64,000 bases of DNA from Comamonadaceae bacterium (GCA_947450255.1 CANFVA010000001.1:339-64338); one strand, 5' to 3'. Counted from the first letter of the stretch, positions 44,780-54,737 are shown. Notes: generated by a model from the sequence alone, not told the origin. Made by a program: numbers and translations.

Positions 44780-46905
44780 GGCTTATTGGCCTTCGCATGG
44801 TGCAGACCATAACGCGCCATCAACGCTGCTTGCGCGGAGTGGCCTGGGTGTGGGCCGATACCACGGGCCGACTGGTAACTCCCATCGGGCAGCATATCCC
44901 AAGCATCCTGGTTATCGTAAAGATACGCCAGCAGGCATTCGTCAATGAGCTTTTGCTTTTGGGCTTCATCGCTTATTGGCCAGGCCAATTCAATGCGCCG
45001 GACCATATTGCGGCTCATCCAATCTGCGCTCGACAAATACAACTCGTCTTGCGCCCCTTGGCGGAAATAGTACACCCTGGAATGCTCCAAATAGCGCCCA
45101 ATAATAGACCTTACCCGAATGTTGTCTGTAAAACCTTTGACACGGGCAGGCAACATGCAAGCACCACGGACGATTAAGTCGATTTGGACGCCACTTTGCC
45201 CGGCTTTTATCAGTGCATGAATCAAGTCCAAGTCGGTCAGCGAGTTCATCTTGGCGACGATACGGGTGGACTCACCCCGCTTTGCTGCCAGCCCAAGCGC
45301 TTCCATTTTGGAAATTAAATTTTCATGCAAATGAAAAGGCGCCATCCACATTTTCTTCAGACGCGGCAGCCGGCTTTGGCTAGCCAGGTGTACAAAAACG
45401 TTCTCCATATCGCGGGTCAAATCAGGGTCCGCACTGAGATGGCTGATATCGGTATACAAACGCGCCGTGCGTGGGTTGTAATTGCCCGTGGACAGATGCC
45501 CGTAGCGCTTGAGGGCTTTACCCTCACGCCGCGTTACCAAAAGCATCTTGGCATGCGTCTTTAAGCCGACCACGCCATACACCACCTGTGCGCCTATGGA
45601 CTCCAGCATCTCGGCCCAATTGATGTTCGCCTCTTCATCAAAACGCGCCTTTAACTCGACGACCACCGTCACCTCTTTACCTTTGCGCACTGCCTCACGC
45701 AATAAATCCATGATGGTGGAATCGGCACCCGCGCGGTAAATCGTCTGCTTGATCGCTAACACATTAGGGTCATTAACGGCGGCGCGCAAAAAAAGTAAGA
45801 CACCTTCAAAACTTTCAAACGGCTGATGGAAAATAACATCACCGCGCTTTAGTTGGTCGAAAAAATTAGCATCCAAATCCAGTTGCACTGGCGGCGCAGC
45901 TCGGTACACGGGGAAACACAAATCAGGGCGGTCCAGTAGATCAATCATCTGTGTCAAGCGCACCAAATTGACGGGGCCAGAAACCCGGTACAACGCCATC
46001 GCAGGAAGATCAAACTGCTTTAAGAGAAAGTGCGACAAATGCTCCGAGCAACCGGAGGACACTTCCAGACGCACGGCCTCACCGTAGTGACGGTGCACCA
46101 GCCCTTGACGTAAAGCCATACGCAAGTTTTGAACGTCATCCTCATCGACCGCTAAATCGGAGTGACGGGTGACTCGAAATTGCGAGAATTGATCGACCGT
46201 GCGCCCCGCAAACAATTCGGATAAATGCGCACGGATAACGCTGGTCAATGCTACAAACAGGACTTTGTTGCCGGACACTCTATCGGGCAGGCGAATAATG
46301 CGAGGCAATACGCGCGGGACCTTAACAATCGCAATTTCATTGCTGCGCCCAAAAGCATCGTTACCACCTAAACGCACAATGAAATTTAAGGCCTTGTTAG
46401 CTACTTGTGGAAAGGGGTGCGCAGGATCCAAACCGACAGGAATCAGTAGCGGTCGGACCTCGCGCTCGAAATACTGCTTGACCCACAGGCGTTGGTCTGC
46501 ATTACGCTCACCATGGGACACAATTTTGACACCACAATGCGACAGTGCCGGCAAGATCGCATCGTTGTACAAGCCGTATTGGCGCTCCACCAAATCATGT
46601 AGTGAATCCGCTAAACGATCGAAAGATTTTTCGGTGTAACTGCCCTGGGCGTCGCCGCTTCGCTTGGCGGTTAAATGCGGCTCTGAGCGGACTTCAAAAA
46701 ACTCATCCAAATTGGACGAGACAATGCACAAATAGCGCAAGCGCTCTAAAACCGGCACATCTTCTCGCGCGGCCCAGCTTAAAACCCGCTCGTTAAAGGC
46801 CACCAAACTATGGTCGCGGTCCAACAAATCGGGGTAAGCGGCAGCTTGAAAGCCTTTGCTCGTTTGTTCCAAAAGCACATTCTCCGGGTTATGTGGCGCA
46901 GGCAT
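44776..46905 (-). CDS. ppk1: Polyphosphate kinase 1
   Basis: SSNLDEFFEVR, DPAHPFP, AIKQTIYR, ELKARFDEEANI, GLKTHAK, STGNYN, RYLEHSR, SSADWMSRN. Confidence 0.98.
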   Translation of the reverse strand: MPAPHNPENVLLEQTSKGFQAAAYPDLLDRDHSLVAFNERVLSWAAREDVPVLERLRYLCIVSSNLDEFFEVRSEPHLTAKRSGDAQGSYTEKSFDRLADSLHDLVERQYGLYNDAILPALSHCGVKIVSHGERNADQRLWVKQYFEREVRPLLIPVGLDPAHPFPQVANKALNFIVRLGGNDAFGRSNEIAIVKVPRVLPRIIRLPDRVSGNKVLFVALTSVIRAHLSELFAGRTVDQFSQFRVTRHSDLAVDEDDVQNLRMALRQGLVHRHYGEAVRLEVSSGCSEHLSHFLLKQFDLPAMALYRVSGPVNLVRLTQMIDLLDRPDLCFPVYRAAPPVQLDLDANFFDQLKRGDVIFHQPFESFEGVLLFLRAAVNDPNVLAIKQTIYRAGADSTIMDLLREAVRKGKEVTVVVELKARFDEEANINWAEMLESIGAQVVYGVVGLKTHAKMLLVTRREGKALKRYGHLSTGNYNPRTARLYTDISHLSADPDLTRDMENVFVHLASQSRLPRLKKMWMAPFHLHENLISKMEALGLAAKRGESTRIVAKMNSLTDLDLIHALIKAGQSGVQIDLIVRGACMLPARVKGFTDNIRVRSIIGRYLEHSRVYYFRQGAQDELYLSSADWMSRNMVRRIELAWPISDEAQKQKLIDECLLAYLYDNQDAWDMLPDGSYQSARGIGPHPGHSAQAALMARYGLHHAKANKP

Positions 46906-47011
46906 GATGTCGCGCGCAGCTTAAAGGCATCGCAAAGTCCTGGCAAGGTTTTAGGCTTAAGCATTCCAACTGGTCTATTGCGCGCACCGAATTGTTCCAC
47001 CTACGCACCGT

Positions 47012-47045
47012 AGTTTGCTGCAATTGGGTTACAAATTTGTGACAA
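47012..47045 (-). promoter_or_regulatory. Pho box promoter of ppk1-sixA
   Basis: Minus strand TTGTCAC-AAAT-TTGTAAC (47045-47028), 10-nt spacer, weak -10 CAAACT (47017-47012). Confidence 0.75.
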
Positions 47046-47153
47046 AGCTGTGGGCGGAATCGACAACCTTCCCAGTGTGCGGGCCAAGAAGCACATCGCG
47101 ACCCCCCGCGGCCGAACCGCCTCCTGATGGAGCTATCAAATTGCGGCGTCTAT

Positions 47154-48158
47154 CTATTTCACAATGACCGGCTGGACTGTGAACACGTTGGCGCTCGCGG
47201 GATCCACCGCTACGCGAACCCAATGAAGACTGGGACTGCCGAAGGTCTGCAAGCGCGTAAAGTTGGGAAGCAGCTTGGTGGGACTGTACAAAGGCTTGTC
47301 CAATTTAAAGTAATGGGTATCGCCATGGACGAACAAAACCTGACCGGCATATTGCTCGGTTTGCTCCACGAGTTTTGACATGAAATGGCGAAAACCGCTG
47401 AAAGCCGGGTCGGCACTTTCGTCCACGTCTTCGGTTTCCGGCCAATCAAAACCTGGGTCCGATTGGGTTACGACTACGATACCGACGGCATTCTGCGCTT
47501 TTGCGGCAATGAATGCCGCTTGCATCCAAGCCACATTAGCGCTATCACGCTCTAAGTACTCTGCGTTAGAGGCATCACATTGGGCATTGTCGCGTGCACT
47601 TTTGTTTTTGCACTCCTTTTCCGTCATGATTAGGTTGTTGTTGCTGCCGGGCTGATTGATGCCCACAAATACTACGCCGCCGTGCATAAAGCGGGTGTTC
47701 TCAACAAATTTTTCACCTAGCTTGCCTTGGTGATCCAATGCAATCGTTGTTTGCCCCAAACTATGAAGGCTCGGGAACATGACCTTGCGAAGGTACTCTA
47801 AGCGCTCCAAGCCGTTGTATCCGCCGTTATTGGTGCGGTGGCAATCGGTCCATTCATTGTCACCAGGAACGTAAATCACTGGTTTAACCAGCGTGTTGAA
47901 CATCTTCAGCGCGTCGGCGTACACCTCGTCCGTGCACTTAGAACTCCCGTCTTTGATGTCTCCGTCGTAGATGGAAAACGCGATATCCGACCTATTGATA
48001 CTCTGCAAGACCGCTGGTAGCTTGGCATCGTCGCCGGCTTTTTTGTAGGGCATATCGCCCCAGAGGCCAAACGCGAACGATTTGGGTGCCATTTGCGCTT
48101 GTGCACTCAACGCAGTCGAGAAAACTATTGCAAATGAAAGAATTGATTTAAGCAACAT
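47154..48158 (-). CDS. Secreted calcineurin-like metallophosphoesterase of unknown substrate
   Basis: Sec signal peptide (SAQA); metal motifs WGDMPY, DGDIKDG, VPGDNEW, VHGDTH in the order expected for a metallophosphoesterase. Confidence 0.8.
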   Translation of the reverse strand: MLLKSILSFAIVFSTALSAQAQMAPKSFAFGLWGDMPYKKAGDDAKLPAVLQSINRSDIAFSIYDGDIKDGSSKCTDEVYADALKMFNTLVKPVIYVPGDNEWTDCHRTNNGGYNGLERLEYLRKVMFPSLHSLGQTTIALDHQGKLGEKFVENTRFMHGGVVFVGINQPGSNNNLIMTEKECKNKSARDNAQCDASNAEYLERDSANVAWMQAAFIAAKAQNAVGIVVVTQSDPGFDWPETEDVDESADPAFSGFRHFMSKLVEQTEQYAGQVLFVHGDTHYFKLDKPLYSPTKLLPNFTRLQTFGSPSLHWVRVAVDPASANVFTVQPVIVK

Positions 48159-48185
48159 ACAACACTCCAGTCCAGAATGGATGCC

Positions 48186-48219
48186 ACTCTAGGTGGACTC
48201 CATGACATATCGATGACAT
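48186..48219 (-). promoter_or_regulatory. Pho box promoter of the metallophosphoesterase gene
   Basis: Minus strand ATGTCAT-CGAT-ATGTCAT (48219-48202), 10-nt spacer, -10 TAGAGT (48191-48186), the same -10 as pstS. Confidence 0.85.
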
Positions 48220-48456
48220 CCTAACGCTAACCATTTTGGACCTAGAAAACAAATGCAAGAACGGTTCGAGCAATAGCGATTTATTGTGACACGGTCACTA
48301 CATCATGGCAATTTTAAAGTTTCGTTTCTGAGATGCAACACTACGCGTGTTTCATGGCATTTTCATAATTAAGTGAAGGCACTCGATCACAATTTGCGAG
48401 GTCATCAGGGATTTACCTGACGATATATCTAAACACTTTTTAAATGGAAATTTGAG

Positions 48457-49701
48457 ATGAACAAAAACTTGATCGCCCTGGCGGTTTCGACTGCATTTAC
48501 ATTGCCCGCTATGGCCGACGTCGCCGTTGGCCCTTTCTCCGTTTATGGTACTGCCCAGTCCGCCATTGAAAACGTCAATATCTCTTTTGCTTCTGGTGCT
48601 ACTACCAACTCCACGACGGACACCAGCAAAATCAGCCAAACCCGTTTGATGGACCAAACCTCCAAGCTCGGCTTCAAAATCGCTCATGATTTAGGTAGTG
48701 GCATGACCGGTCTGGCACAAGTCGAAAGCCGCATTTATCTGGGCAATGGCGGCAACAACACCCAAGACAAAGCCGAGCTAGGCTCGCGCAACACCTTCGT
48801 AGGCCTGGGAAGCAGCGAGTGGGGAACGGTGCGATTGGGGCGCCATGACACGGCCTACAAATTGAGCTTGAAAGCCGCAGCGCCCTTCATTTACAACAAC
48901 GTCAATGATGCCAGTGCTGAGTACGGTAAAGAGCAAATTTTGACCCGATTAGGAGACCGTTTTACCGATGTTGTTGCATATGAATCGCCCAAAGTAAACG
49001 GTTTTCAAGTACTAGTTAGCCATAACATGGGCAAAGACTCGGATAACGGCCTGGGCGCTGCCAAATATGACTACGCAAACCAGACGAAAGACATGGCAGC
49101 AATGTCGACAACTCCTGCAACGCTAGCGCCTCAAACCGCTATCAGCATTGGCTACGCGAATGGACCATTCACTGCAGCCTACGGTTATACCGCTGTAAGC
49201 AATGTTGCTTGGCAACTCGATAGCAGCAGCTCGCGCAAGTACTCTTTCAACACGACCCCGGGCGCTTCATTCGGCTTGAGCGCCTACCAACTTGGGGGCC
49301 AATACACCTTTGGTGAGTATGCGGTAGGCGGCATGTATGAAGTGACTACTTCCAGTCAACAGGGTGTAAGTGCCACGAAAGACTTTAGCCAGTCGCAGGC
49401 AAGCCTTGCCCTGATCGGTGCATACAAGAGCGGCCCAAATGAGTTCCACTTCCGTTATGCTGTCGCATCGGACGTGACCGGCAACACAGGCACCGCTACC
49501 AATACCCTTAAGACCGACACGGGCGCAACCCAGTACAGCCTGATGTATGCCTATGAGTTCAACAAGAGCGTGAAGTTTGTGAGCTCTTACACTAACTTGG
49601 CCAATAAAGCGAACGCCAAGTTCACCTCTGCCTCGGGCTTTGCAGTGGACACCGGCGCCACCCTGAGCCAAATCGCTGTGGGCTTGGCTGCTACGTTCTA
49701 A
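48457..49701 (+). CDS. Outer membrane porin (Gram-negative/Neisseria-type family)
   Basis: MNKNLIALAV signal peptide, SKLGF..DLGSG, SRNTFVGL, GTVRLGR, alternating beta-strand pattern, C-terminal Phe (VGLAATF). Confidence 0.92.
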   Translation: MNKNLIALAVSTAFTLPAMADVAVGPFSVYGTAQSAIENVNISFASGATTNSTTDTSKISQTRLMDQTSKLGFKIAHDLGSGMTGLAQVESRIYLGNGGNNTQDKAELGSRNTFVGLGSSEWGTVRLGRHDTAYKLSLKAAAPFIYNNVNDASAEYGKEQILTRLGDRFTDVVAYESPKVNGFQVLVSHNMGKDSDNGLGAAKYDYANQTKDMAAMSTTPATLAPQTAISIGYANGPFTAAYGYTAVSNVAWQLDSSSSRKYSFNTTPGASFGLSAYQLGGQYTFGEYAVGGMYEVTTSSQQGVSATKDFSQSQASLALIGAYKSGPNEFHFRYAVASDVTGNTGTATNTLKTDTGATQYSLMYAYEFNKSVKFVSSYTNLANKANAKFTSASGFAVDTGATLSQIAVGLAATF

Positions 49702-49727
49702 ATTTTCAACGCAAGTACTTACCATCC

Positions 49728-49763
49728 AAAGCGATCAAGCCGCAAGGCTTGGTCGCTTTTTTT
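49728..49763 (+). terminator. Intrinsic terminator of the porin gene
   Basis: AAAGCGATCAAGCC-GCAA-GGCTTGGTCGCTTT hairpin with a GNRA loop, running into a T-tract. Confidence 0.9.
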
Positions 49764-49835
49764 ACCTATTAACAATCAATGACCCGCCGCCTCTGTAGTG
49801 AGTCTGCTTTAAAGAAAAAGCGTCTGCGCTCCAAC

Positions 49836-50345
49836 TCAGTCCAGCCATTTCTGTAAAAACTGTGCGGTCCCGGCCTGCGGATCGAGTTGGTAGGCATCAA
49901 AGCCTTGCTTGGCATATACGCGCATGGCCTTTTGGTTACCTGAAAGCACTTCCAACGTCAGCTTGCAAGCGCCACGCTCCCGAGCGATATGCGTCACCAT
50001 GTCCAGCATTGCTCCGGCGACGCCGCGCCCACGCCATTGCGGCAGCACGATCACATCATGGATATTGACCAAAGACCTGGCAGCAAAGGTAGAAAAGCCT
50101 TCCATGCAATTGACCAGGCCTACGGGGCTTTGCGCTGCATCCTTCGCAAGCGCCAAGACACTAAATGCCTGAGGCCGCGCTGCCAAGCCGGCCACCACGT
50201 GGCGCTTGGCAAAGTCACTCAGTCCTGCACCACCACCCATAGGATCCTGCGCATAGGCATCGAGTAACGCCACCACTGCAGCAGCGTGCGTCGCATCCGC
50301 GTAATCAACGCGGCACACATTTACGGGCGCGGGCAGGTCCTTCAT
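49836..50345 (-). CDS. GNAT-family N-acetyltransferase
   Basis: [17 protein letters not shown] acetyl-CoA motif [20 protein letters not shown]; ATGA overlap with glmM. Confidence 0.9.
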   Translation of the reverse strand: MKDLPAPVNVCRVDYADATHAAAVVALLDAYAQDPMGGGAGLSDFAKRHVVAGLAARPQAFSVLALAKDAAQSPVGLVNCMEGFSTFAARSLVNIHDVIVLPQWRGRGVAGAMLDMVTHIARERGACKLTLEVLSGNQKAMRVYAKQGFDAYQLDPQAGTAQFLQKWLD

Positions 50346-51670
50346 TGAAGGGTTTGCGCAATCCGCTGCGCGCAGATTTTCGCGGTGTGGGCATCGCGCG
50401 CCTCAACCATGACGCGGACCACCGGTTCAGTGCCACTGGCGCGGATCAGAACACGGCCGTGGTTCGCCAAGGCTTGTTCCACCTCGCCAATGGCGTGTTG
50501 CGTGGCTGCATTGGATGTCCAGTCAGTATCGCTTGCAAGTCGCACATTGATCAAAGTTTGTGGGAAAAGCGTCACAGCGCTCAACAGCTGGGCCAGTGTT
50601 TTCCCTGTCCTCACGCAGGCTTGCAAAACCTGCAATGCAGACACCAGCCCATCACCGGTGGTGTGCTTGTCCAAGGCCAGTAAATGGCCGGAGGCTTCGC
50701 CGCCCAATATCCAACCGCGCGCCTGTAATTCCTCGAGCACATAGCGGTCGCCTACCCGCGCCCGCACCAGTTCCAAGCCACGGGCCTGCAGGGCCAGTTG
50801 CACGGCCATATTCGTCATCAAGGTGCCTACTACGCCACCCAAGGATTCGCCACGCGCCAGACGCTCATCTGCCATCAGGTACAGCAACTCGTCTCCGTTA
50901 TACAAACGCCCTTGTGCATCTACTATTTGCAAGCGATCGGCATCGCCATCAAGTGCAACCCCAAAATGCGCACCATGCTGCTTTACCGCAGCTACCAATG
51001 CCTGAGGGTGCGTAGCGCCCACGTCTTTGTTGATATTCACACCATCAGGTGCGCAGCCGATGGCGATGACTTCGGCACCGAGTTCGTGAAACACCTTGGG
51101 CGCGATTTGGTAGGCCGCGCCATGGGCTGCGTCGACCACTATTTTCACGCCCTTGAGCGTCAAATCGGATGCAAATGTACTTTTACAAAACTCGATGTAA
51201 CGGCCAGCCGCATCTTCCAAGCGCTTGGCCTTTCCTAGCTGTGCCGATGGCTCCCAATGTGGTGGCTGGGCGATGGCCTCTTCCACCGATAGCTCCCAGG
51301 CATCAGGCAGCTTGCTGCCTTGGGCACTGAAAAACTTGATGCCGTTGTCTTCGAAAGGGTTGTGGCTAGCACTGATAACCACACCGAGCGAGGCACGTTG
51401 CGCACGGGTCAAGTAGGCCACACCCGGTGTCGGCAAGGGCCCCAGTAGCACCACGTCGACACCGGCGGAGTTAAAGCCGCTTTCCAGGGCACTTTCCAGC
51501 ATATAGCCGGATATACGGGTGTCCTTGCCAATCAATACCGTAGGGCGTGCCTCGCTTTGCTTGAGGACGCGGCCCACGGCATGCGCTAAGCCCAGCATGA
51601 AATCCGGGGTAATGGGTGCGCGTCCCACTGTGCCGCGAATTCCATCGGTTCCAAAATATTGACGCGTCAT
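50342..51670 (-). CDS. glmM: Phosphoglucosamine mutase
   Basis: [16 protein letters not shown] phosphoserine motif, DGDADR, GGEASGH, RASGTEP. Confidence 0.98.
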   Translation of the reverse strand: MTRQYFGTDGIRGTVGRAPITPDFMLGLAHAVGRVLKQSEARPTVLIGKDTRISGYMLESALESGFNSAGVDVVLLGPLPTPGVAYLTRAQRASLGVVISASHNPFEDNGIKFFSAQGSKLPDAWELSVEEAIAQPPHWEPSAQLGKAKRLEDAAGRYIEFCKSTFASDLTLKGVKIVVDAAHGAAYQIAPKVFHELGAEVIAIGCAPDGVNINKDVGATHPQALVAAVKQHGAHFGVALDGDADRLQIVDAQGRLYNGDELLYLMADERLARGESLGGVVGTLMTNMAVQLALQARGLELVRARVGDRYVLEELQARGWILGGEASGHLLALDKHTTGDGLVSALQVLQACVRTGKTLAQLLSAVTLFPQTLINVRLASDTDWTSNAATQHAIGEVEQALANHGRVLIRASGTEPVVRVMVEARDAHTAKICAQRIAQTLQ

Positions 51671-51709
51671 AAAGTACTGGCCCTAGAGCAACATAGTATT
51701 TGACAGGGA

Positions 51710-52579
51710 TCATCCCTGGGGCACGGCTCGCTGCATGGCAGCGAGCACCTGCAAAGCCTGCACCGTAGCGGGCACATCATGCACCCGCACAATGCGTGCT
51801 CCATTGTGCACTGCCAACAGCGCCGCAGCGGCGCTGGCAACTACCCGGTCCTTCGCGGCAGCGCCAATCACCGCACCCAAGGAAGACTTACGCGACCAGC
51901 CTGCCAGCACTGCAAAGCCACCATCGCAAAGGGTAGCCTGACGGGCTAGCAAACTGAAATTTTGCACCACCGTTTTGCCAAAACCTATGCCGGGATCAAT
52001 GCAAATGCGGCTAGCCTGGACCCCGCGCTCGACCAACGAAGCACAGCGCTTTGTTAAAAATTCGGCTACCGGTAACAGCACATCACCTTCCATCGGCGAT
52101 ACCTGCATGGTCTGCGGATCGCCGTGCATATGCATCAGGCAAACGCCACAGCGCGCGTGTCCGGTCACCACATCCTCGCCGCTCCAGCTGGAGCCCGGGG
52201 CGCGCCAGCGCAATGCCCACACATCGTTAATGATGTCCACACCCAGATCTAACACCGCTTGCATTACCGCGGGCTTATAAGTGTCTACGGAAACGGGTAC
52301 CCCTAGCGTCAGGGCATGGCGAACGACCGGTAAAACGCGCGCAAGCTCTTCGCTCTCAGAAACCGCAATTGCGCCGGGACGCGTAGATTCACCGCCAATG
52401 TCCAGGATATCGGCCCCCTCCTGAAGCAAGCGCTCGCAATGGCGCAGCGCAAGGTCGGTACGCGCATGCAAACCGCCATCGGAAAACGAGTCCGGCGTGA
52501 CGTTGACGATTCCCATGATGCGCGGCCGCGCCAGATCGATGTCAAAGCGGCTGGTTTGCCAAATGGGCGTACCTTGCAT
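51710..52579 (-). CDS. folP: Dihydropteroate synthase
   Basis: MGIVNVTPDSFSDGG, DIGGESTRPG, DPGIGFGK, SRKS, RVHDV. Confidence 0.97.
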   Translation of the reverse strand: MQGTPIWQTSRFDIDLARPRIMGIVNVTPDSFSDGGLHARTDLALRHCERLLQEGADILDIGGESTRPGAIAVSESEELARVLPVVRHALTLGVPVSVDTYKPAVMQAVLDLGVDIINDVWALRWRAPGSSWSGEDVVTGHARCGVCLMHMHGDPQTMQVSPMEGDVLLPVAEFLTKRCASLVERGVQASRICIDPGIGFGKTVVQNFSLLARQATLCDGGFAVLAGWSRKSSLGAVIGAAAKDRVVASAAAALLAVHNGARIVRVHDVPATVQALQVLAAMQRAVPQG

Positions 52580-52611
52580 AAGGTGCAATAGTTGTAGGCG
52601 CTAGCTTGGAA

Positions 52612-52636
52612 GCACAAACGGGGCACTGTGCCCCGT
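52612..52636 (-). terminator. Hairpin downstream of ftsH (probable weak terminator)
   Basis: ACGGGGCAC/GTGCCCCGT inverted repeat at 52618-52636, followed by TTGTGC on the minus strand. Confidence 0.55.
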
Positions 52637-52663
52637 CTGAACCATGGCGTGTCTAACCAGCGC

Positions 52664-54589
52664 TCAGGCTGCCGTGGGTGCCGGGTCTGGCGCCGAGGCC
52701 GGGGCTGCATTGCCACCGCCATCGCTGGGGCCGGGCGTGGCACTTGGGGGCGTCCAGTCTTTAGGCGGGCGCGGGTCCTTACCCGCCATGATGTCATCCA
52801 ACTGGTCACTGTCTATGGTTTCCCACTCCAGCAAAGCCTTTGCCATGGCGTGCATCTTGTCCTGGTTGTCTTCGATCAGTTGGCGCGCCAATTGGTACTG
52901 CTGGTCAATGATACGGCGCACCTCGGCATCCACCTTTTGCATGGTTTGCTCGCTCATATTAGTGGTCTTGGTGACCGATCGACCGAGGAATACTTCACCC
53001 TCGTTTTCCGCATACACCATGGGACCGAGTGCATCCGTCATGCCATAGCGCATCACCATGTCACGGGCAATCGAGGTAGCGCGCTCAAAATCGTTGCTGG
53101 CACCAGTGGTCATCTGCTTCATAAACACTTCTTCGGCAATACGTCCGCCAAACAACATGCTAATCTGGTTCAGCATGTATTCGCTATCGTAAGAGTAGCG
53201 ATCCTGAGCGGGCAAGCTCATCGTCACACCCAAGGCGCGGCCGCGGGGGATGATGGTCACCTTGTGCACAGGATCGCATTTGGGCAAGAGCTTGCCAATC
53301 AAAGCGTGACCGGACTCATGGTAGGCCGTATTTTTGCGCTCACCCTCAGGCATGACCATACTCTTGCGCTCAGGGCCCATCAGGATTTTGTCCTTGGCCT
53401 TTTCGAAGTCTTCCATGTCCACCAAACGGGCATTGCGGCGCGCAGCCATCAGGGCGGCTTCGTTGCATAGATTGGCAAGGTCCGCGCCCGACATACCCGG
53501 CGTACCGCGGGCGATGATGCCGGCGTTGACATCCTGACCGAGCGGCACTTTGCGCATGTGCACATTAAGAATTTGTTCGCGGCCCCGAATGTCGGGCAGC
53601 GTCACATAGACCTGGCGGTCAAAACGACCAGGACGCAGCAGCGCTGCATCCAAAATATCCGGCCGGTTGGTAGCCGCCACCACGATGACACCGACGTTGG
53701 TTTCAAAGCCGTCCATCTCGACCAGCATCTGGTTGAGCGTCTGCTCGCGCTCATCATTGCCGCCACCTAAACCAGCACCGCGCTGGCGACCCACTGCATC
53801 AATCTCGTCGATAAAAATAATGCAGGGCGCATTTTTCTTGGCGTTGTCAAACATGTCGCGTACGCGGGACGCGCCCACACCCACAAACATTTCCACGAAG
53901 TCAGAGCCGGAAATACTGAAAAATGGCACCTTGGCCTCGCCGGCAATCGACTTGGCTAGCAGCGTTTTACCGGTGCCTGGCGGGCCCACGAGCAGCAGGC
54001 CACGCGGAATACGACCGCCGAGTTTTTGGAACTTGCTGGGATCTTTGAGGAAGTCCACCACCTCCTTGACTTCCTCTTTGGCCTCATCACAACCCGCAAC
54101 ATCGGCAAAGGTGACAGTGTTGTTGTTCTCGTCCAATAATCGCGCCTTGCTTTTGCCGAAGCTAAAGGCACCGCCCTTGCCACCGCCTTGCATCTGACGC
54201 ATGAAGTAAATCCAGACGCCGATCAAAAGCAGCATGGGGCCCCAGCTGACCAGCAAAGTCATCAGCAAAGAGCCTTCTTCTCGCGGCTTGACGTCAAACT
54301 TCACGCCGTTGTTGATCAGGTCGCCCACCAGGCCACGATCCAGGTAGGTGGCGGTGGTCCGGACGCGGCGCTCGTCCGCAGTGACTGCGACGATCTCCGT
54401 GGTGCCACCCTGACCTTCTTGGATGACCGCGCTCTTGATGTGTTTGTTGCGCACTTCTTCGAGGAAGTCGGAATAGCCCAGTGTGACCGCACCACCGGCG
54501 CTGTGCGAATCAAATTGCTTAAAAACGGTAAAAAGGACCAGGCCAATGACCAGCCAGACTGCAATTTTGGAAAACCACTGATTGTTCAA
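52664..54589 (-). CDS. ftsH: ATP-dependent zinc metalloprotease FtsH
   Basis: Two TMs, [26 protein letters not shown] zinc motif; TTG start with GGAG RBS. Confidence 0.98.
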   Translation of the reverse strand: MNNQWFSKIAVWLVIGLVLFTVFKQFDSHSAGGAVTLGYSDFLEEVRNKHIKSAVIQEGQGGTTEIVAVTADERRVRTTATYLDRGLVGDLINNGVKFDVKPREEGSLLMTLLVSWGPMLLLIGVWIYFMRQMQGGGKGGAFSFGKSKARLLDENNNTVTFADVAGCDEAKEEVKEVVDFLKDPSKFQKLGGRIPRGLLLVGPPGTGKTLLAKSIAGEAKVPFFSISGSDFVEMFVGVGASRVRDMFDNAKKNAPCIIFIDEIDAVGRQRGAGLGGGNDEREQTLNQMLVEMDGFETNVGVIVVAATNRPDILDAALLRPGRFDRQVYVTLPDIRGREQILNVHMRKVPLGQDVNAGIIARGTPGMSGADLANLCNEAALMAARRNARLVDMEDFEKAKDKILMGPERKSMVMPEGERKNTAYHESGHALIGKLLPKCDPVHKVTIIPRGRALGVTMSLPAQDRYSYDSEYMLNQISMLFGGRIAEEVFMKQMTTGASNDFERATSIARDMVMRYGMTDALGPMVYAENEGEVFLGRSVTKTTNMSEQTMQKVDAEVRRIIDQQYQLARQLIEDNQDKMHAMAKALLEWETIDSDQLDDIMAGKDPRPPKDWTPPSATPGPSDGGGNAAPASAPDPAPTAA

Positions 54590-54737
54590 GCGAAGCTCCA
54601 GTTAAAGCGTGAGCCGGGAAATACCCTTGTCACATGCGAACCATTTTAGGCTTTTCAAGCGGGATTTCCACGGTAATTGCGTTTAGTGGCCGTAAATCGC
54701 ACAAGGCCATGCCCCGTCAGCCGCAGACCGACTGGGG

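Noticed and set aside
48349-48366. Fifth Pho box upstream of the porin
   Set aside because: Half-sites are TTTCAT rather than TGTCA(C/T) and there is no -10 at the 10-nt spacing; kept only as a weak hint in the porin finding.
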